Source of the DNA: Actinomycetota bacterium
GTDB lineage: Bacteria > Actinomycetota > Acidimicrobiia > Acidimicrobiales > Acidimicrobiaceae
Direction of reading: 5' to 3'
Length of the DNA: 64,000 nucleotides
NCBI GenBank assembly: GCA_027322285.1
Contig: DAHVRV010000001.1
Coordinates: forward strand, 42,367 to 106,366
Shown: positions 31,192-41,110 of the stretch, one piece after another
Layout of the letters: every line of letters begins with the position of its first letter
Numbering within the stretch: position 1 is the stretch's first letter
Translations under genes and position numbers: made by a program
Notes under the pieces: generated by a model
What the model saw: only the letters and a program-made list of their open reading frames with translations
The model's database searches: none
Told to the model about the DNA's origin: nothing

Positions 31192-32541
31192 TCAACTCAC
31201 AAGGACCTTTCTTGTGTCCACCACGCGCTGAGACTTTCCACCCTCTGAGCGTGGCAACCTGTCCGGCTCAAGCAAAATCACCCGAGCTGAAATCCCGATA
31301 TTGTCGCGAATGGACCGCTGAGCTTCATCTCTAATGCTGCGTAGCAAATGATCTGCCTCAACTGCCTCGTCAGAGAGAAATTCGGTGGCTACGTCCTCAA
31401 AAGCTTCTTTTGACAACTCCGCCTCAACATCCAGCTGATCCAAAGTTCCTGAGCGGTCCACCAAAAGCCTGTAATACGGGGACAATCCCCTTACGCCGCC
31501 GATTGCCGCCTCGATCTGACTTGGGTAAACGTTTATCCCCTTGACAATCAGCATGTCATCGGTTCTTCCCTTGACCATTGCCATTTTCGCCAATGTGCGT
31601 CCGCAACTGCATTTGCCACGTTCAATGCTCGTGACATCTCCCGTCCAGTATCGAATGAGAGGAAGCGCCTCCTTGGTGAGAGTAGTAATCACCAGCACTC
31701 CCTCTTCTCCGTCAGGCAGCGGCATACCCGAATCAGGATCGACAATCTCAGCCAAGAAATGATCTTCGTTGATGTGAGACCCGTGACGTTCCTCGGTGCA
31801 TTCGAAAGACACACCTGGGCCAATGATTTCTGAAAGCCCGTAAATGTTGATGCTCCTCACTCCGAGACGAGAATCGATCTCAGCGCGCATCGTCTCAGTC
31901 CAAGGTTCTGCTCCCACAAGCGCAAACTTAAGAGGAATGTCTTTGGAATCAATCCCTTGCCTGGCAAACTCCCGGGCAATTGTAAGTGCATAACTGGGCG
32001 TGCAGCACAGTACCTCGGTGCCAAAGTCCATAATCAACCTGACCTGGCGTTCAGTCATCCCAGTCGAAGCTGGAACCACTACCATTCCCAGAGTTTCCCC
32101 TCCCTGATGGATGCCAAGTCCACCAGTAAACAGTCCGTACCCGTAGGCGTTGTGCAACAGCATTCCAGGCTCAGAACCGCCACCAGCAAGTGCTCTGGCG
32201 CACACCTTTCCGAATATGTCCAAATCGGCGGCCGTATAGCCCACTACCGTCGGTTTTCCCGTAGTTCCCGAAGACGCATGGATTCTCAACAGCTTGCTCT
32301 TGTCCGTTGTAAACAGACCAAAAGGGTAGGTATCTCGCAAGTCGGATTTTCGAGTAAATGGCAATCTCCACAAATCCGCGATCCCACTGATATCGCTGGG
32401 TTTGATCCCAACTCCCTGGAGCCGCTCCCTTATGTAGGGAACGCTTTCGTAAACTCTTGACACCATTTCGCGCAATCGAGCAGACTGTAATTCCTCCAGC
32501 GCACCGCGCTCCATCATTTCTATTTCAGGTTCAAATATCAC
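31192..32541 (-). CDS. Phenylacetate-CoA ligase family protein (PaaK-like aryl/acyl-CoA ligase)
   Basis: 449 aa. LPFTRKSDLRDTYPFGLF and HASSGTTGKPTVVGYT are the hallmark PaaK N-domain motifs. Confidence 0.85.
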   Translation of the reverse strand: MIFEPEIEMMERGALEELQSARLREMVSRVYESVPYIRERLQGVGIKPSDISGIADLWRLPFTRKSDLRDTYPFGLFTTDKSKLLRIHASSGTTGKPTVVGYTAADLDIFGKVCARALAGGGSEPGMLLHNAYGYGLFTGGLGIHQGGETLGMVVVPASTGMTERQVRLIMDFGTEVLCCTPSYALTIAREFARQGIDSKDIPLKFALVGAEPWTETMRAEIDSRLGVRSINIYGLSEIIGPGVSFECTEERHGSHINEDHFLAEIVDPDSGMPLPDGEEGVLVITTLTKEALPLIRYWTGDVTSIERGKCSCGRTLAKMAMVKGRTDDMLIVKGINVYPSQIEAAIGGVRGLSPYYRLLVDRSGTLDQLDVEAELSKEAFEDVATEFLSDEAVEADHLLRSIRDEAQRSIRDNIGISARVILLEPDRLPRSEGGKSQRVVDTRKVLVS

Positions 32542-33733
32542 CCTCGTACCCCCTATTCAATACTTGCGAAGCTCTAAGAAACGCTTTGCCTTCCATCAAT
32601 TTCCGTGCGGTCCTTGTATATGCCGCTTTTTCGACAACGGGATTTCCCGTCTCGTCGATGGATACCTTCGCCGCGACCACGTTGCAACCGGTTGGATGGC
32701 CGATACGAACCTCATCTGAAGTGGACGGACTCATCTGATATGCGATAGTTCCTGGAAGTCGAGCCGCCACTGCTACCGTCACGCCGGCCGTACCTGGAAA
32801 GGCTTTGTGCAAAACTAGAGGCTGCCCGCCAATAACTTCAGCAACAAAGTCGATATCATCGCTTTCTACACCTTGGTCACCGACGACGGTCTGATAGTTG
32901 TGGGCGTGGTCCAGCAACACAGGAATCGGCACTAACCCTCCTTCTGGAATGCCAAGCATTCTTGCTACTGCACGCTGCAGCGCATCTGATTTGGCTATTT
33001 GAACTTCGGAGGGAAAACAAGGAATTTCCCCCGGGTTAAATCCAGCATCAGACGCTCTGACTAATACGCATAAGTTAGCAATATCTACGATCGATACTGA
33101 AATCGTACCAATGAGAGGTACCTCAATTACGTCTATAACTGAACCGGTTGGCAATAACTTACCGGTAACAGATCCTACGGTTTCCCGATAATCGAGAACT
33201 ATCTCGGCCCCGGTGCCGGGAACTCCATCAACTCGGCAACTCCCTTCCACGGTTGGCCTTCCAAACGAAACCGGAACCGTGGCTGTAAAAATCTTGCGAG
33301 TATTTGTGTTATGGACTCTCACGGTGGTCAAAGGAGAGACCGGTTCAACATATCCATGCTCGATTGCGTATATACCGACGGCAGACGAGATATTGCCGCA
33401 GTTCATATCCATATTTACCTTTGCCTTAGCCACGCTTACCTGGGCAAAGGTATAGTCAAGATCCGCTCCTTCGACGCTTGGAGGTCCGATCATGGCAACT
33501 TTGCTGGTAAGCAAATCAGCACCGCCAAGCCCGTCTATCTGGCGCGGATCGGGGCTACCCATCGCAGCGAGCAAAAATGCCTCAAGCTCGGCCTGATCCT
33601 CCGGCAGTGCGGCTCTAGGAAGAAACACTCCCTTGGAAGTTCCTCCCCTGATGATCGAGCAGTCGACAGATATGAGTTCGCCCTCTTGAGAAATTAGTTC
33701 CGAGCTAACCCCAGTGGCAGACGTCATTTTCAT
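32531..33733 (-). CDS. PrpF/methylitaconate isomerase/4-oxalomesaconate tautomerase family protein
   Basis: The track ORF runs to 33757. ATG 33733 forms an ATGA overlap with the thiolase stop. IRGGTSKGVFL near the N-terminus and the length (about 400 aa) fit the PrpF family. Confidence 0.8.
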   Translation of the reverse strand: MKMTSATGVSSELISQEGELISVDCSIIRGGTSKGVFLPRAALPEDQAELEAFLLAAMGSPDPRQIDGLGGADLLTSKVAMIGPPSVEGADLDYTFAQVSVAKAKVNMDMNCGNISSAVGIYAIEHGYVEPVSPLTTVRVHNTNTRKIFTATVPVSFGRPTVEGSCRVDGVPGTGAEIVLDYRETVGSVTGKLLPTGSVIDVIEVPLIGTISVSIVDIANLCVLVRASDAGFNPGEIPCFPSEVQIAKSDALQRAVARMLGIPEGGLVPIPVLLDHAHNYQTVVGDQGVESDDIDFVAEVIGGQPLVLHKAFPGTAGVTVAVAARLPGTIAYQMSPSTSDEVRIGHPTGCNVVAAKVSIDETGNPVVEKAAYTRTARKLMEGKAFLRASQVLNRGYEGDI

Positions 33734-34872
33734 GCAACCAGGATGTTTACGGTACATGCAGTACCTTCTACGCCTTGGGCCTTGCCGCCTCTGCAGTGGG
33801 CAACGCCGATCTTGGCATTTTCGATCTGCCGGTCGCCGGCATCACCTCTGAGCTGTTTTACCAGCTCAACAACCTGGGCTACGCCAGTGGCACCCAAAGG
33901 ATGGCCTTTGCCGAGAAGCCCTCCGGATCCATTGACCGGCAAGATGCCGTTTAGGTCCATCTCCCCTTTTCCGACCCTGGCGACATACTCTCCATGCGGA
34001 ACCAGGCCCATACCCTCGACGCGCAAAGCCTCGGCGATGGAGAAGCAATCGTGCACCTCCGCGAAGTCAATCTCACCTGGTCCAACTCCTGCCTGCTGGT
34101 AAGCTGCCTCGGCGGTACGCCAGGTGAGGTCTTCGACTGTCATGTCGACAAGTCCCACCTCAGTGCGCCCGCTTTTCAGCGCACTGGCTGCAAGCTTTAT
34201 CGCCCTCGAGCCGCCGAGTTGCTTGAGCTTGGCTTTAGTCACCATGACAACAGCTGCCGCGCCATCGCTTATGGGAGCGCATTCATGCATGCGCAAGGGA
34301 TCAGCGATCAGACGTCCCTGCATCACTTCCTCCAAGGTGACCGCCTTTTTGAAATGCGACAGCGGATTCATGGCTGCGTTTCTCTTGTTCTTCACCGCTA
34401 TCCGAGCGATATCTTGTGGTTCGACTCCATATTGCAGCATGTATCGCTGAGCTCTCATGGCATAAATCCCCGGCATTGTCAGCCCCAGCTGGGCCTCTAT
34501 GTCGCTTGGATCAGGAGCTAGCGCTCCTCTGAACGCCGTGGTCATGTGCTCGACGCCCAATGCCAAGACGATATCATATGCGCCAGCCCTAAGGGCCAGC
34601 GCGGCATCCCAAATTGCAGTAGATCCAGATGAACATGCATTTTCAACGTTATCGATAGGAATTCCAGAAATACCTGCCGCATACAGAGCACGCTGGCCCA
34701 TCGCCATTCCTTGGAATACGTGTCCAACCCATGCAGCGCCTATGTCTCCGCGACCCACTCCCGCATCGGATAGAGCTAAATTTACTGCCTGCGCACCAAG
34801 ATCGGCGGGTGACTTGTCCGGATGCTTGCCAAAAGGCGTCATCCCAATACCTAATACATATACGTCTTCCAT
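33730..34872 (-). CDS. Thiolase family protein, SCP-x/non-specific lipid-transfer type
   Basis: ATG 34872 (MEDVYVLGIGMTPFGKH) follows GAGAGGA. Catalytic-Cys region NACSSGSTA and C-terminal GHPLGATG / NGSGGLL motifs. Confidence 0.85.
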   Translation of the reverse strand: MEDVYVLGIGMTPFGKHPDKSPADLGAQAVNLALSDAGVGRGDIGAAWVGHVFQGMAMGQRALYAAGISGIPIDNVENACSSGSTAIWDAALALRAGAYDIVLALGVEHMTTAFRGALAPDPSDIEAQLGLTMPGIYAMRAQRYMLQYGVEPQDIARIAVKNKRNAAMNPLSHFKKAVTLEEVMQGRLIADPLRMHECAPISDGAAAVVMVTKAKLKQLGGSRAIKLAASALKSGRTEVGLVDMTVEDLTWRTAEAAYQQAGVGPGEIDFAEVHDCFSIAEALRVEGMGLVPHGEYVARVGKGEMDLNGILPVNGSGGLLGKGHPLGATGVAQVVELVKQLRGDAGDRQIENAKIGVAHCRGGKAQGVEGTACTVNILVA

Positions 34873-34971
34873 TGAAGATCCTCTCTTCCCCAACTCTCAC
34901 TGCTACCTAACACAGCCTCGACGGTACTAATTGGTCCACACTCCATTTCATGAACTTACCGCTGAAATGGT

Positions 34972-35412
34972 TTAAAGACCCAACTTTGCGTGAGGCATTG
35001 AAATAAGTTCGTCATTTTCTTGTCTGGGGCCATTTGCCATCACGATTTCCACTTTGGCTCCTATCGACGGTGGCTCGGAGCCATCGAAAGGCAGAAGAAC
35101 TCGAACATTTTCTGGAAAATCGACATAGACCAGAACATATGGAGTCCTGAACTCAGGAGTTGACTGTCTGGCAACGGTAAATGTGTAGACAGTTCCCGCG
35201 CTGGAAAGTAACGCGTCTTCCATAGAACTCGTCCCATCTCCAGGGCAGATGCTTCGAGGTGGGTAAAACACCGCGCCGCATGACCCGCATTTACTCGCTC
35301 GCAAACGGACTTTGCCATTTTCGACAACGAAGTTTTCAGCCTTTAGTGAAACCTCTGCTTCATCCAGATTTACCACAAATCTCTCCTTATCAACTGTGGG
35401 CGACCATTGCAT
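34972..35412 (-). CDS. DUF35 OB-fold/zinc-ribbon protein (thiolase partner, BbsA-like)
   Basis: The track ORF runs to 35487 and would overlap the SDR gene. ATG 35412 (MQWSPTVDKERF) avoids that overlap. Zn-ribbon CGSCGAVFYPPRSICPG followed by an OB-fold segment. Confidence 0.8.
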   Translation of the reverse strand: MQWSPTVDKERFVVNLDEAEVSLKAENFVVENGKVRLRASKCGSCGAVFYPPRSICPGDGTSSMEDALLSSAGTVYTFTVARQSTPEFRTPYVLVYVDFPENVRVLLPFDGSEPPSIGAKVEIVMANGPRQENDELISMPHAKLGL

Positions 35413-35426
35413 CTCCGCAAGAGCGC

Positions 35427-36173
35427 CTAGTATGCTCCAACACTTCGGCCCCCACACACATAGAGCACCTGACCCGTTATGTACCATGAGTCATCATCGG
35501 CAAAGAAGGCCACAGCGTGGCCGATATCATCTGGGCCGCCAATGCGTCCAACTGGAACCGTCTTGGTGAGTCTGTCCTGGTTCTCCTGGCTAAGACTGCG
35601 GAACAAGGGGCTGTCCACGAGCCCCGGCGCTACGGCATTGGCCGTAATCTGATATTTTGCGAACTCAAGGGCGAGAGTGCGGGTAAAGCTCACCACGCCC
35701 CCTTTGGATGCGGCGTAGTTTGCCTGTCCCGCCCCGCCAAGCCAAGCGCGCGATCCAATGTTTACTATCCGGCCAAAATTGGCGTCCATCATTGGCTTGA
35801 CTGCAGCCTGGGTGCAAAGGAACTGGGACTTGAGGTTGATCCTCATCACCTCATCCCAATCCTCTTCGGTCATCTTTACCAGCCACTTATCTCGGGCTAT
35901 GCCGGCATTGTTGACCAAGATGTCCAACCTGCCGTAACTGTCCCTTGCGTAGTCGACCAACCCAGTAGCCCCATCTTTTGTCGATATATCGCCGACGAAA
36001 TAACCCGTGTCTAATCCGGATGCCTTCATCTCATCGGAAAGCGCTGCGACCCGCTGCTCGTCTATATCGTTCAATACCACTGAAGCGCCAGCAGACGCCA
36101 GGTAACGGGCAATTCCCTCGCCAATTCCTTGACCCGAGCCGGTGACTATAGCAACGCGATCTTTAATTCCCAT
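35427..36173 (-). CDS. Short-chain dehydrogenase/reductase (FabG-like 3-oxoacyl/3-hydroxyacyl reductase)
   Basis: 248 aa. TGSGQGIG cofactor motif, NNAG, catalytic YAASKGG. Confidence 0.85.
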   Translation of the reverse strand: MGIKDRVAIVTGSGQGIGEGIARYLASAGASVVLNDIDEQRVAALSDEMKASGLDTGYFVGDISTKDGATGLVDYARDSYGRLDILVNNAGIARDKWLVKMTEEDWDEVMRINLKSQFLCTQAAVKPMMDANFGRIVNIGSRAWLGGAGQANYAASKGGVVSFTRTLALEFAKYQITANAVAPGLVDSPLFRSLSQENQDRLTKTVPVGRIGGPDDIGHAVAFFADDDSWYITGQVLYVCGGRSVGAY

Positions 36174-36182
36174 ATTTCATCA

Positions 36183-36965
36183 TCACCTTCCCGTGAACTT
36201 CGCAGGCCGCTTCTCTACGAAAGCACGCATCCCTTCTTCGCGATCCTCAGTTCCACGCAAAAATGCATGGCTGATCTGCTCGAACTCAAGACCGGTTGCC
36301 AGATCGGAGCTTAGAGCCACATATATGCTTCGCTTGATGCGGTCGATAGACAAGGGGGCCTTGGCGGCAACCTTCTTCCCGAAATCTACTGCGGCCAAAA
36401 CGGCCTCATTTTCTGGCACGACTTTATTCACTAATCCGAGCCTGTATGCCTCATCTGCGCTGATGCGCTCACCGCCAAACATAAGCTCCATAGCGACAGC
36501 CGGACCAACCAGTCTGGTCAGGCGCTGGGTTCCACCGGCGCCGGGCATGCTGCCTACGTTTGCCTCTGGAAATCCCAGCTTTGCAGTCGAATCCGCGATA
36601 CGCATATCACACGCCAGCGCCAATTCCAGCCCGCCTCCCAGGACATATCCTGCCAGAGCAGCTATGACCGGCTTTGAGATCTTCTCCATCGAAGAAAAGA
36701 GATCCCTGACGACCTCTCCAAGAAAGTCCCGTGCTCCGCCGGAGTCATATTCGGCCACCCTGCCCTTTAGATCTGCGCCCACCGAAAAGGCCCGTGGTTG
36801 TCCTGCGAGTACTATCGCGCGGCACTGCACATTCCTGTCGAGCTCTTGGAACAACTCCATAAGCTCAGTGAGCATTTCGGGAGTAAGCGCATTTAACGCA
36901 TCCGGCCTGTTCAAAGTCACGGTTGCTACGCCCTCAGCAACGGACGACTGAATTAACTCGCTCAA
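36183..36965 (-). CDS. Enoyl-CoA hydratase/isomerase (crotonase) family protein
   Basis: 260 aa. [15 protein letters not shown], oxyanion-hole region AGADLKG / [11 protein letters not shown]. Confidence 0.85.
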   Translation of the reverse strand: MSELIQSSVAEGVATVTLNRPDALNALTPEMLTELMELFQELDRNVQCRAIVLAGQPRAFSVGADLKGRVAEYDSGGARDFLGEVVRDLFSSMEKISKPVIAALAGYVLGGGLELALACDMRIADSTAKLGFPEANVGSMPGAGGTQRLTRLVGPAVAMELMFGGERISADEAYRLGLVNKVVPENEAVLAAVDFGKKVAAKAPLSIDRIKRSIYVALSSDLATGLEFEQISHAFLRGTEDREEGMRAFVEKRPAKFTGR

Positions 36966-37067
36966 ATGTCATCAACCTCCATCCTCTTTTCAACACCTTT
37001 CTCTTCAATTTCCTCGCTTTGGCATGGCCGAAATGTGGCCAACCCCTTCTCATGTACACTTTTTGTG

Positions 37068-38279
37068 TTATCCATCTGCGTGCTCAAGCTGCTCGACAAC
37101 TCCGTCTAAAAGCCACCGCTCGACCAAATCAATGGGAATCCCGGCCAATTCAGTCAATATTTCGATAGTGTTCTCACCAGGCAGCGGTGCTGCTCTTCGG
37201 GGACGCGCTGGCGTGGATGACAATTTGGCGGGCATCCCCACTCCAGGCATCTTTCCCAATATGGGGTGATAAAGCGACGGAAAACGATCCTCGGTGTTAA
37301 GGTGATCCTCACTGGCCAAAGACTCGTAGTCGTATATCTTCGCACAGACCACGTCCGCGTCTTCGAGCCGTTTAATCCACTCTTCGGTGGAAGCTTGCTG
37401 GAAAATTTGGGAAAGCTCATGATGGAGCTCTTGGCGGTTCGCCACCCTGAGGTCGATGCTTGAAAAACGACTATCGTCGGCCAGTTCAGGACGGCCTAGT
37501 ACTTCGGTGAGCTTCCTCCAGCGGTCCGGCCAATAGGCCGCGACCATGATATGGCCGTCCATTGTGGGAAACGCCTCATTTGGGGCAGCATAGGGGGCAG
37601 CGCTGCCTTGTCGGCCGGGAGAACTACCGCTAGCTTGGAACATCGAAATTGGTACTGTCTGAAACATGAACATCGAATCCAATAGAGAAGCATCAACTCT
37701 TTGGCCCACTCCAGTAGCCTGCCGGACCAGCAAAGCCAAAAGGATTCCTTGGACTGCGACCAGACCGCCAACGGTGTCGGCAGCGGGTACCCCAACTTTA
37801 ACCGGGGCACCATCAGGCTCCCCGGTCACACTCATTATTCCCGATACGGCCTGGACGATCCCGTCGACACCCGGCTTGTCCCGCCAAGGCCCATCCTGGC
37901 CGAACGCAGAAATGGAGCACCAGATCATCTCAGGCCTCTGTGCAGCCAAAGCTTGGTAAGAGAGCCCTAAACGGTCAAGCACTCCAGGCCTGAAGCTTTC
38001 GATGACAACGTCACAGACCCCTGCCAAGCTGGCCAGTACGTCTCGGCCTGCCGTGCGCTTGAGATCGACGATTATCGATCGCTTATTCCTGTTCATGCCC
38101 AAATAAGCAGCCGCCTGGTCTTGAATGAAAGGAGGGCCAAGTTTACGTCCCCATTCTCCACCAGGTGGATCAACTTTTATGACATCAGCGCCATAGTCGC
38201 CAAGCACCATGGCCGCAATCGGACCCGCCGCTCCTTGCGAAAGATCTAGCACCCTGATACCTTCAAGCGGTGAGCGCAC
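37068..38279 (-). CDS. Family III CoA-transferase (CaiB/BaiF/BbsEF type)
   Basis: The track ORF starts at TTG 38327, inside the upstream gene. GTG 38279 (VRSPLEGIRVLDLS) is preceded by GAGG. LEGIRVLDLSQGAAGP and GADVIKV are the family III hallmarks. Start uncertain. Confidence 0.85.
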   Translation of the reverse strand: MRSPLEGIRVLDLSQGAAGPIAAMVLGDYGADVIKVDPPGGEWGRKLGPPFIQDQAAAYLGMNRNKRSIIVDLKRTAGRDVLASLAGVCDVVIESFRPGVLDRLGLSYQALAAQRPEMIWCSISAFGQDGPWRDKPGVDGIVQAVSGIMSVTGEPDGAPVKVGVPAADTVGGLVAVQGILLALLVRQATGVGQRVDASLLDSMFMFQTVPISMFQASGSSPGRQGSAAPYAAPNEAFPTMDGHIMVAAYWPDRWRKLTEVLGRPELADDSRFSSIDLRVANRQELHHELSQIFQQASTEEWIKRLEDADVVCAKIYDYESLASEDHLNTEDRFPSLYHPILGKMPGVGMPAKLSSTPARPRRAAPLPGENTIEILTELAGIPIDLVERWLLDGVVEQLEHADG

Positions 38280-38946
38280 TGCCACCCGCCTCAAAGGTGT
38301 TAGCACCCCGGTCACCACTGACCCCAATGGCTAATTTGCCTATCTCGCGACCTGGAACCCGCCATGGAAGAGTATGGGTTTCTAGGTACTCATCCATCAT
38401 CTGCCATCCAAGTCTGACGGCGGCGAGGTTCTTCTCCCTAAAAGCTAGAGGCGATCTCCGTTCCGCCGCCTCCGAAAGGCTGTCCAAAGAGATTGCCTCC
38501 AACAATCGGGCGAGCGCAGCGGCACAGATCATATTGGTTACTAGCTTCGAACCGATGCGGCCCTTTGCGGCTTCTTCAAACGACATCGCAACAATCCCGC
38601 CGGCCTGATTTTCGGCGGTTGAAGACAGAGTGACTCTCTCCCTGTCCGTCACGAGGCCTACATCATCGCGGCCAACTAGATTTTTTGCAAAGCGATCCCA
38701 TGCTTTGTCTGAAAGAACCAGACACAGATCCGGCAGCTGAAACTGAGGATTTGGAATTGGGGACCAGGAAACCGAAAGATCTGCTCGGGTAGCTCCACCT
38801 CGAGCCTCAGGCCCGTGCTCTTGGATCAGCGTAGCGTGGAGACCGTTACTAAGCGCCGATTCAGCAAGAACAGTTGCTGCCAGCGCAATTCCCTGTCCCC
38901 CTGAACCGGTAAGTCTTATTTTGACACTGGAAAAATCGGCGGTCAT
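38263..38946 (-). CDS. 2-oxoacid:ferredoxin oxidoreductase, gamma subunit
   Basis: 227 aa. IRLTGSGGQGIALAATVLAE is typical of the POR/KOR/VOR gamma domain. Confidence 0.8.
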   Translation of the reverse strand: MTADFSSVKIRLTGSGGQGIALAATVLAESALSNGLHATLIQEHGPEARGGATRADLSVSWSPIPNPQFQLPDLCLVLSDKAWDRFAKNLVGRDDVGLVTDRERVTLSSTAENQAGGIVAMSFEEAAKGRIGSKLVTNMICAAALARLLEAISLDSLSEAAERRSPLAFREKNLAAVRLGWQMMDEYLETHTLPWRVPGREIGKLAIGVSGDRGANTFEAGGSALTA

Positions 38947-39869
38947 CAGCTGCCCCTCCTTGGATCACCATTTAAGACCTCTATTTCATTGGCGCTGGAG
39001 CACCTGCCGCCACTAACGCTCAAGGTCTCCTCCAAGGTGAGACGACTTGACCTGTGCAAAATACCCTTGGGAAGAACTGGCCTGACCGCCCGTGGATTCG
39101 TCAGCTCCTCCACTGTAGCTCTGCTAGCCAGATCCGCATCAATTGAGGGATCGTAGCGAGACTGGCTCATGAGCATGTCTGCCCCGTCGCCAAAACGGTT
39201 AGTCCGTCCAAAATACTCTGTGCAATCAGTCATAACTTCGAGGAACGAGAACCCCACGTGATCCAGTGCCTGACCAAATATATCACCAACGACTTGCGGC
39301 CTATAACTCGACGCTCTGGCCACAAAAGTGGCTCCAGCGGCCTTCACAAGCTCTGATACATCGAATGGATGCTGAGTGTTACCTTGCGGAGTGGTCGAAG
39401 TGTAAGCACCTGGAACAGTAGTTGGAGCCGCCTGGCCTCCGGTCATGCCATAGATTTCATTGTTCAGAAGAACGCAGGTGATATCTATATTCCTGCGCGC
39501 AGCATGAATGAGGTGATTACCCCCAATCGACACTCCGTCTCCGTCACCGGTCACAACTATCACGTTGAGATCAGGGCGCGCAAGTTTCAGCCCGGTCGCA
39601 AACGATAGGGGCCGCCCGTGGGTAGTGTGCAGCGTACACGCGTCTATATATCCGACGATCCTGGAGGAACAGCCGATGCCAGCGACAAAAGCGACGTTAT
39701 CCAGATTCTCATAGCGCGCCGAGAGCACTGTCAGCATTGCATCAAGAACAATTCCATGGCCACACCCCGGACAGAGCATGTGGGGCATCATGGCATGACG
39801 GAGAAGCCTCTTCTCCGCGCCCACCATCGGGGCTCTTGTAGGTGCTTTTACCTTCACTTCCGCATTCAT
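38946..39869 (-). CDS. 2-oxoacid:ferredoxin oxidoreductase, beta (TPP-binding) subunit
   Basis: 307 aa. CPGCGHG, the TPP motif GDGDGVSIGGNH...NNEIYGMTGGQ. Confidence 0.85.
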   Translation of the reverse strand: MNAEVKVKAPTRAPMVGAEKRLLRHAMMPHMLCPGCGHGIVLDAMLTVLSARYENLDNVAFVAGIGCSSRIVGYIDACTLHTTHGRPLSFATGLKLARPDLNVIVVTGDGDGVSIGGNHLIHAARRNIDITCVLLNNEIYGMTGGQAAPTTVPGAYTSTTPQGNTQHPFDVSELVKAAGATFVARASSYRPQVVGDIFGQALDHVGFSFLEVMTDCTEYFGRTNRFGDGADMLMSQSRYDPSIDADLASRATVEELTNPRAVRPVLPKGILHRSSRLTLEETLSVSGGRCSSANEIEVLNGDPRRGS

Positions 39870-39931
39870 GAGCTTCTTACCCTTCTTCTACAAACCTGGC
39901 AGCTGTTGTCAACTGACGCCACAATGTCCCT

Positions 39932-41110
39932 TTATCCGATGCGCAAATCTTGCCTAGAACTCCTGGCTCCGTCGGCCGCAGAAGAGCGGTCCGATGCAGA
40001 AAGAGCATGGCTAACAACTTCATCCGTCGTAATCATCGATCCGCCAGCCTTGAGCAATGGGTAAATCCAAGTGTCCCCTGCTACAATCCTCTCAACTTCT
40101 CTGACCCACTGGCCTCTGTTCATTTCTGCGACCACAACAACTTCGGCATTCGCGAGTGCAGATTTGAGCATCTCATCTTGAACAGGCCAAAGCAAACGAG
40201 GCCTTAAAAGGCCAGCTTTTTTGCCTTTGCTCCTCAACACGTCTACCGCGGCTTTTGCGGTACGCCCAGTTATTCCGTAGGCGACAATTGCAATTTCGGC
40301 ATCATCCATGAGATAGCTCTCGGGTGCAATCAGATCCTTAGCAAGATGAACCTTTTTCTCGAGCCTTTCCAACAGCGCAGCTGCAACATCGGTGTTGCTG
40401 GTCGGAAAGCCGCGCTCGTCATGCATCAGTCCGGTCACATGGAACCTGTAGCCAACTCCAAAGTTCGGGACATGGGGCACAAGGTCATCCCCGGTTCTGT
40501 AAGGCTCGAATGAAACGCCCGGCGGCTCAGTTGGAGCGGGCCGAGTTCTTATAGAGGCCGGGTCCGGCAAAGTAAGGTCAACACCCTCCCTCATATGCGC
40601 CACAACCTCGTCCATAAGCACGATCACTGGAGTACGCAAAGATTCCGATAACGAAAATGCCTCGATCATAAGGTCGTAAACTTCCTGCACCGACGAAGGA
40701 GCTAACGCAATTGCGACCCTATCGCCATGTGTACCCCACTGCGCCTGCATAACATCACCCTGGGATGGCGCCGTCGGCAATCCCGTGCTGGGTCCACCTC
40801 TCATGACGTCGACTATAACGCAAGGTATCTCCGCGAGATATCCATAACCTATATGTTCCTGCATAAGGGAAAATCCAGGGCCCGATGTTGCGGTCATAGC
40901 CTTCGAGCCGCCCAAAGCAGCCCCAATTACCGCTCCCAGCGAGGCCATTTCATCCTCGGCCTGCAGAAAAACGCCACCATTTTTAGGAAGGAGTCTTGCC
41001 ATTTCCTCGGCAACTTCTGACGACGGGGAGATCGGATAACCTCCAAAGAACCGGCAACCGGCAGCAATGGCCCCAGCCGCGCAAGCCTCATTTCCCTGCA
41101 TCAGTTTCAT
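39932..41110 (-). CDS. 2-oxoacid:ferredoxin oxidoreductase, alpha subunit
   Basis: 392 aa. MQGNEACAAGAIAAGCRFFGGYPISPSSE is the canonical alpha N-terminus. ATGA-type overlap with the upstream gene. Confidence 0.85.
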   Translation of the reverse strand: MKLMQGNEACAAGAIAAGCRFFGGYPISPSSEVAEEMARLLPKNGGVFLQAEDEMASLGAVIGAALGGSKAMTATSGPGFSLMQEHIGYGYLAEIPCVIVDVMRGGPSTGLPTAPSQGDVMQAQWGTHGDRVAIALAPSSVQEVYDLMIEAFSLSESLRTPVIVLMDEVVAHMREGVDLTLPDPASIRTRPAPTEPPGVSFEPYRTGDDLVPHVPNFGVGYRFHVTGLMHDERGFPTSNTDVAAALLERLEKKVHLAKDLIAPESYLMDDAEIAIVAYGITGRTAKAAVDVLRSKGKKAGLLRPRLLWPVQDEMLKSALANAEVVVVAEMNRGQWVREVERIVAGDTWIYPLLKAGGSMITTDEVVSHALSASDRSSAADGARSSRQDLRIG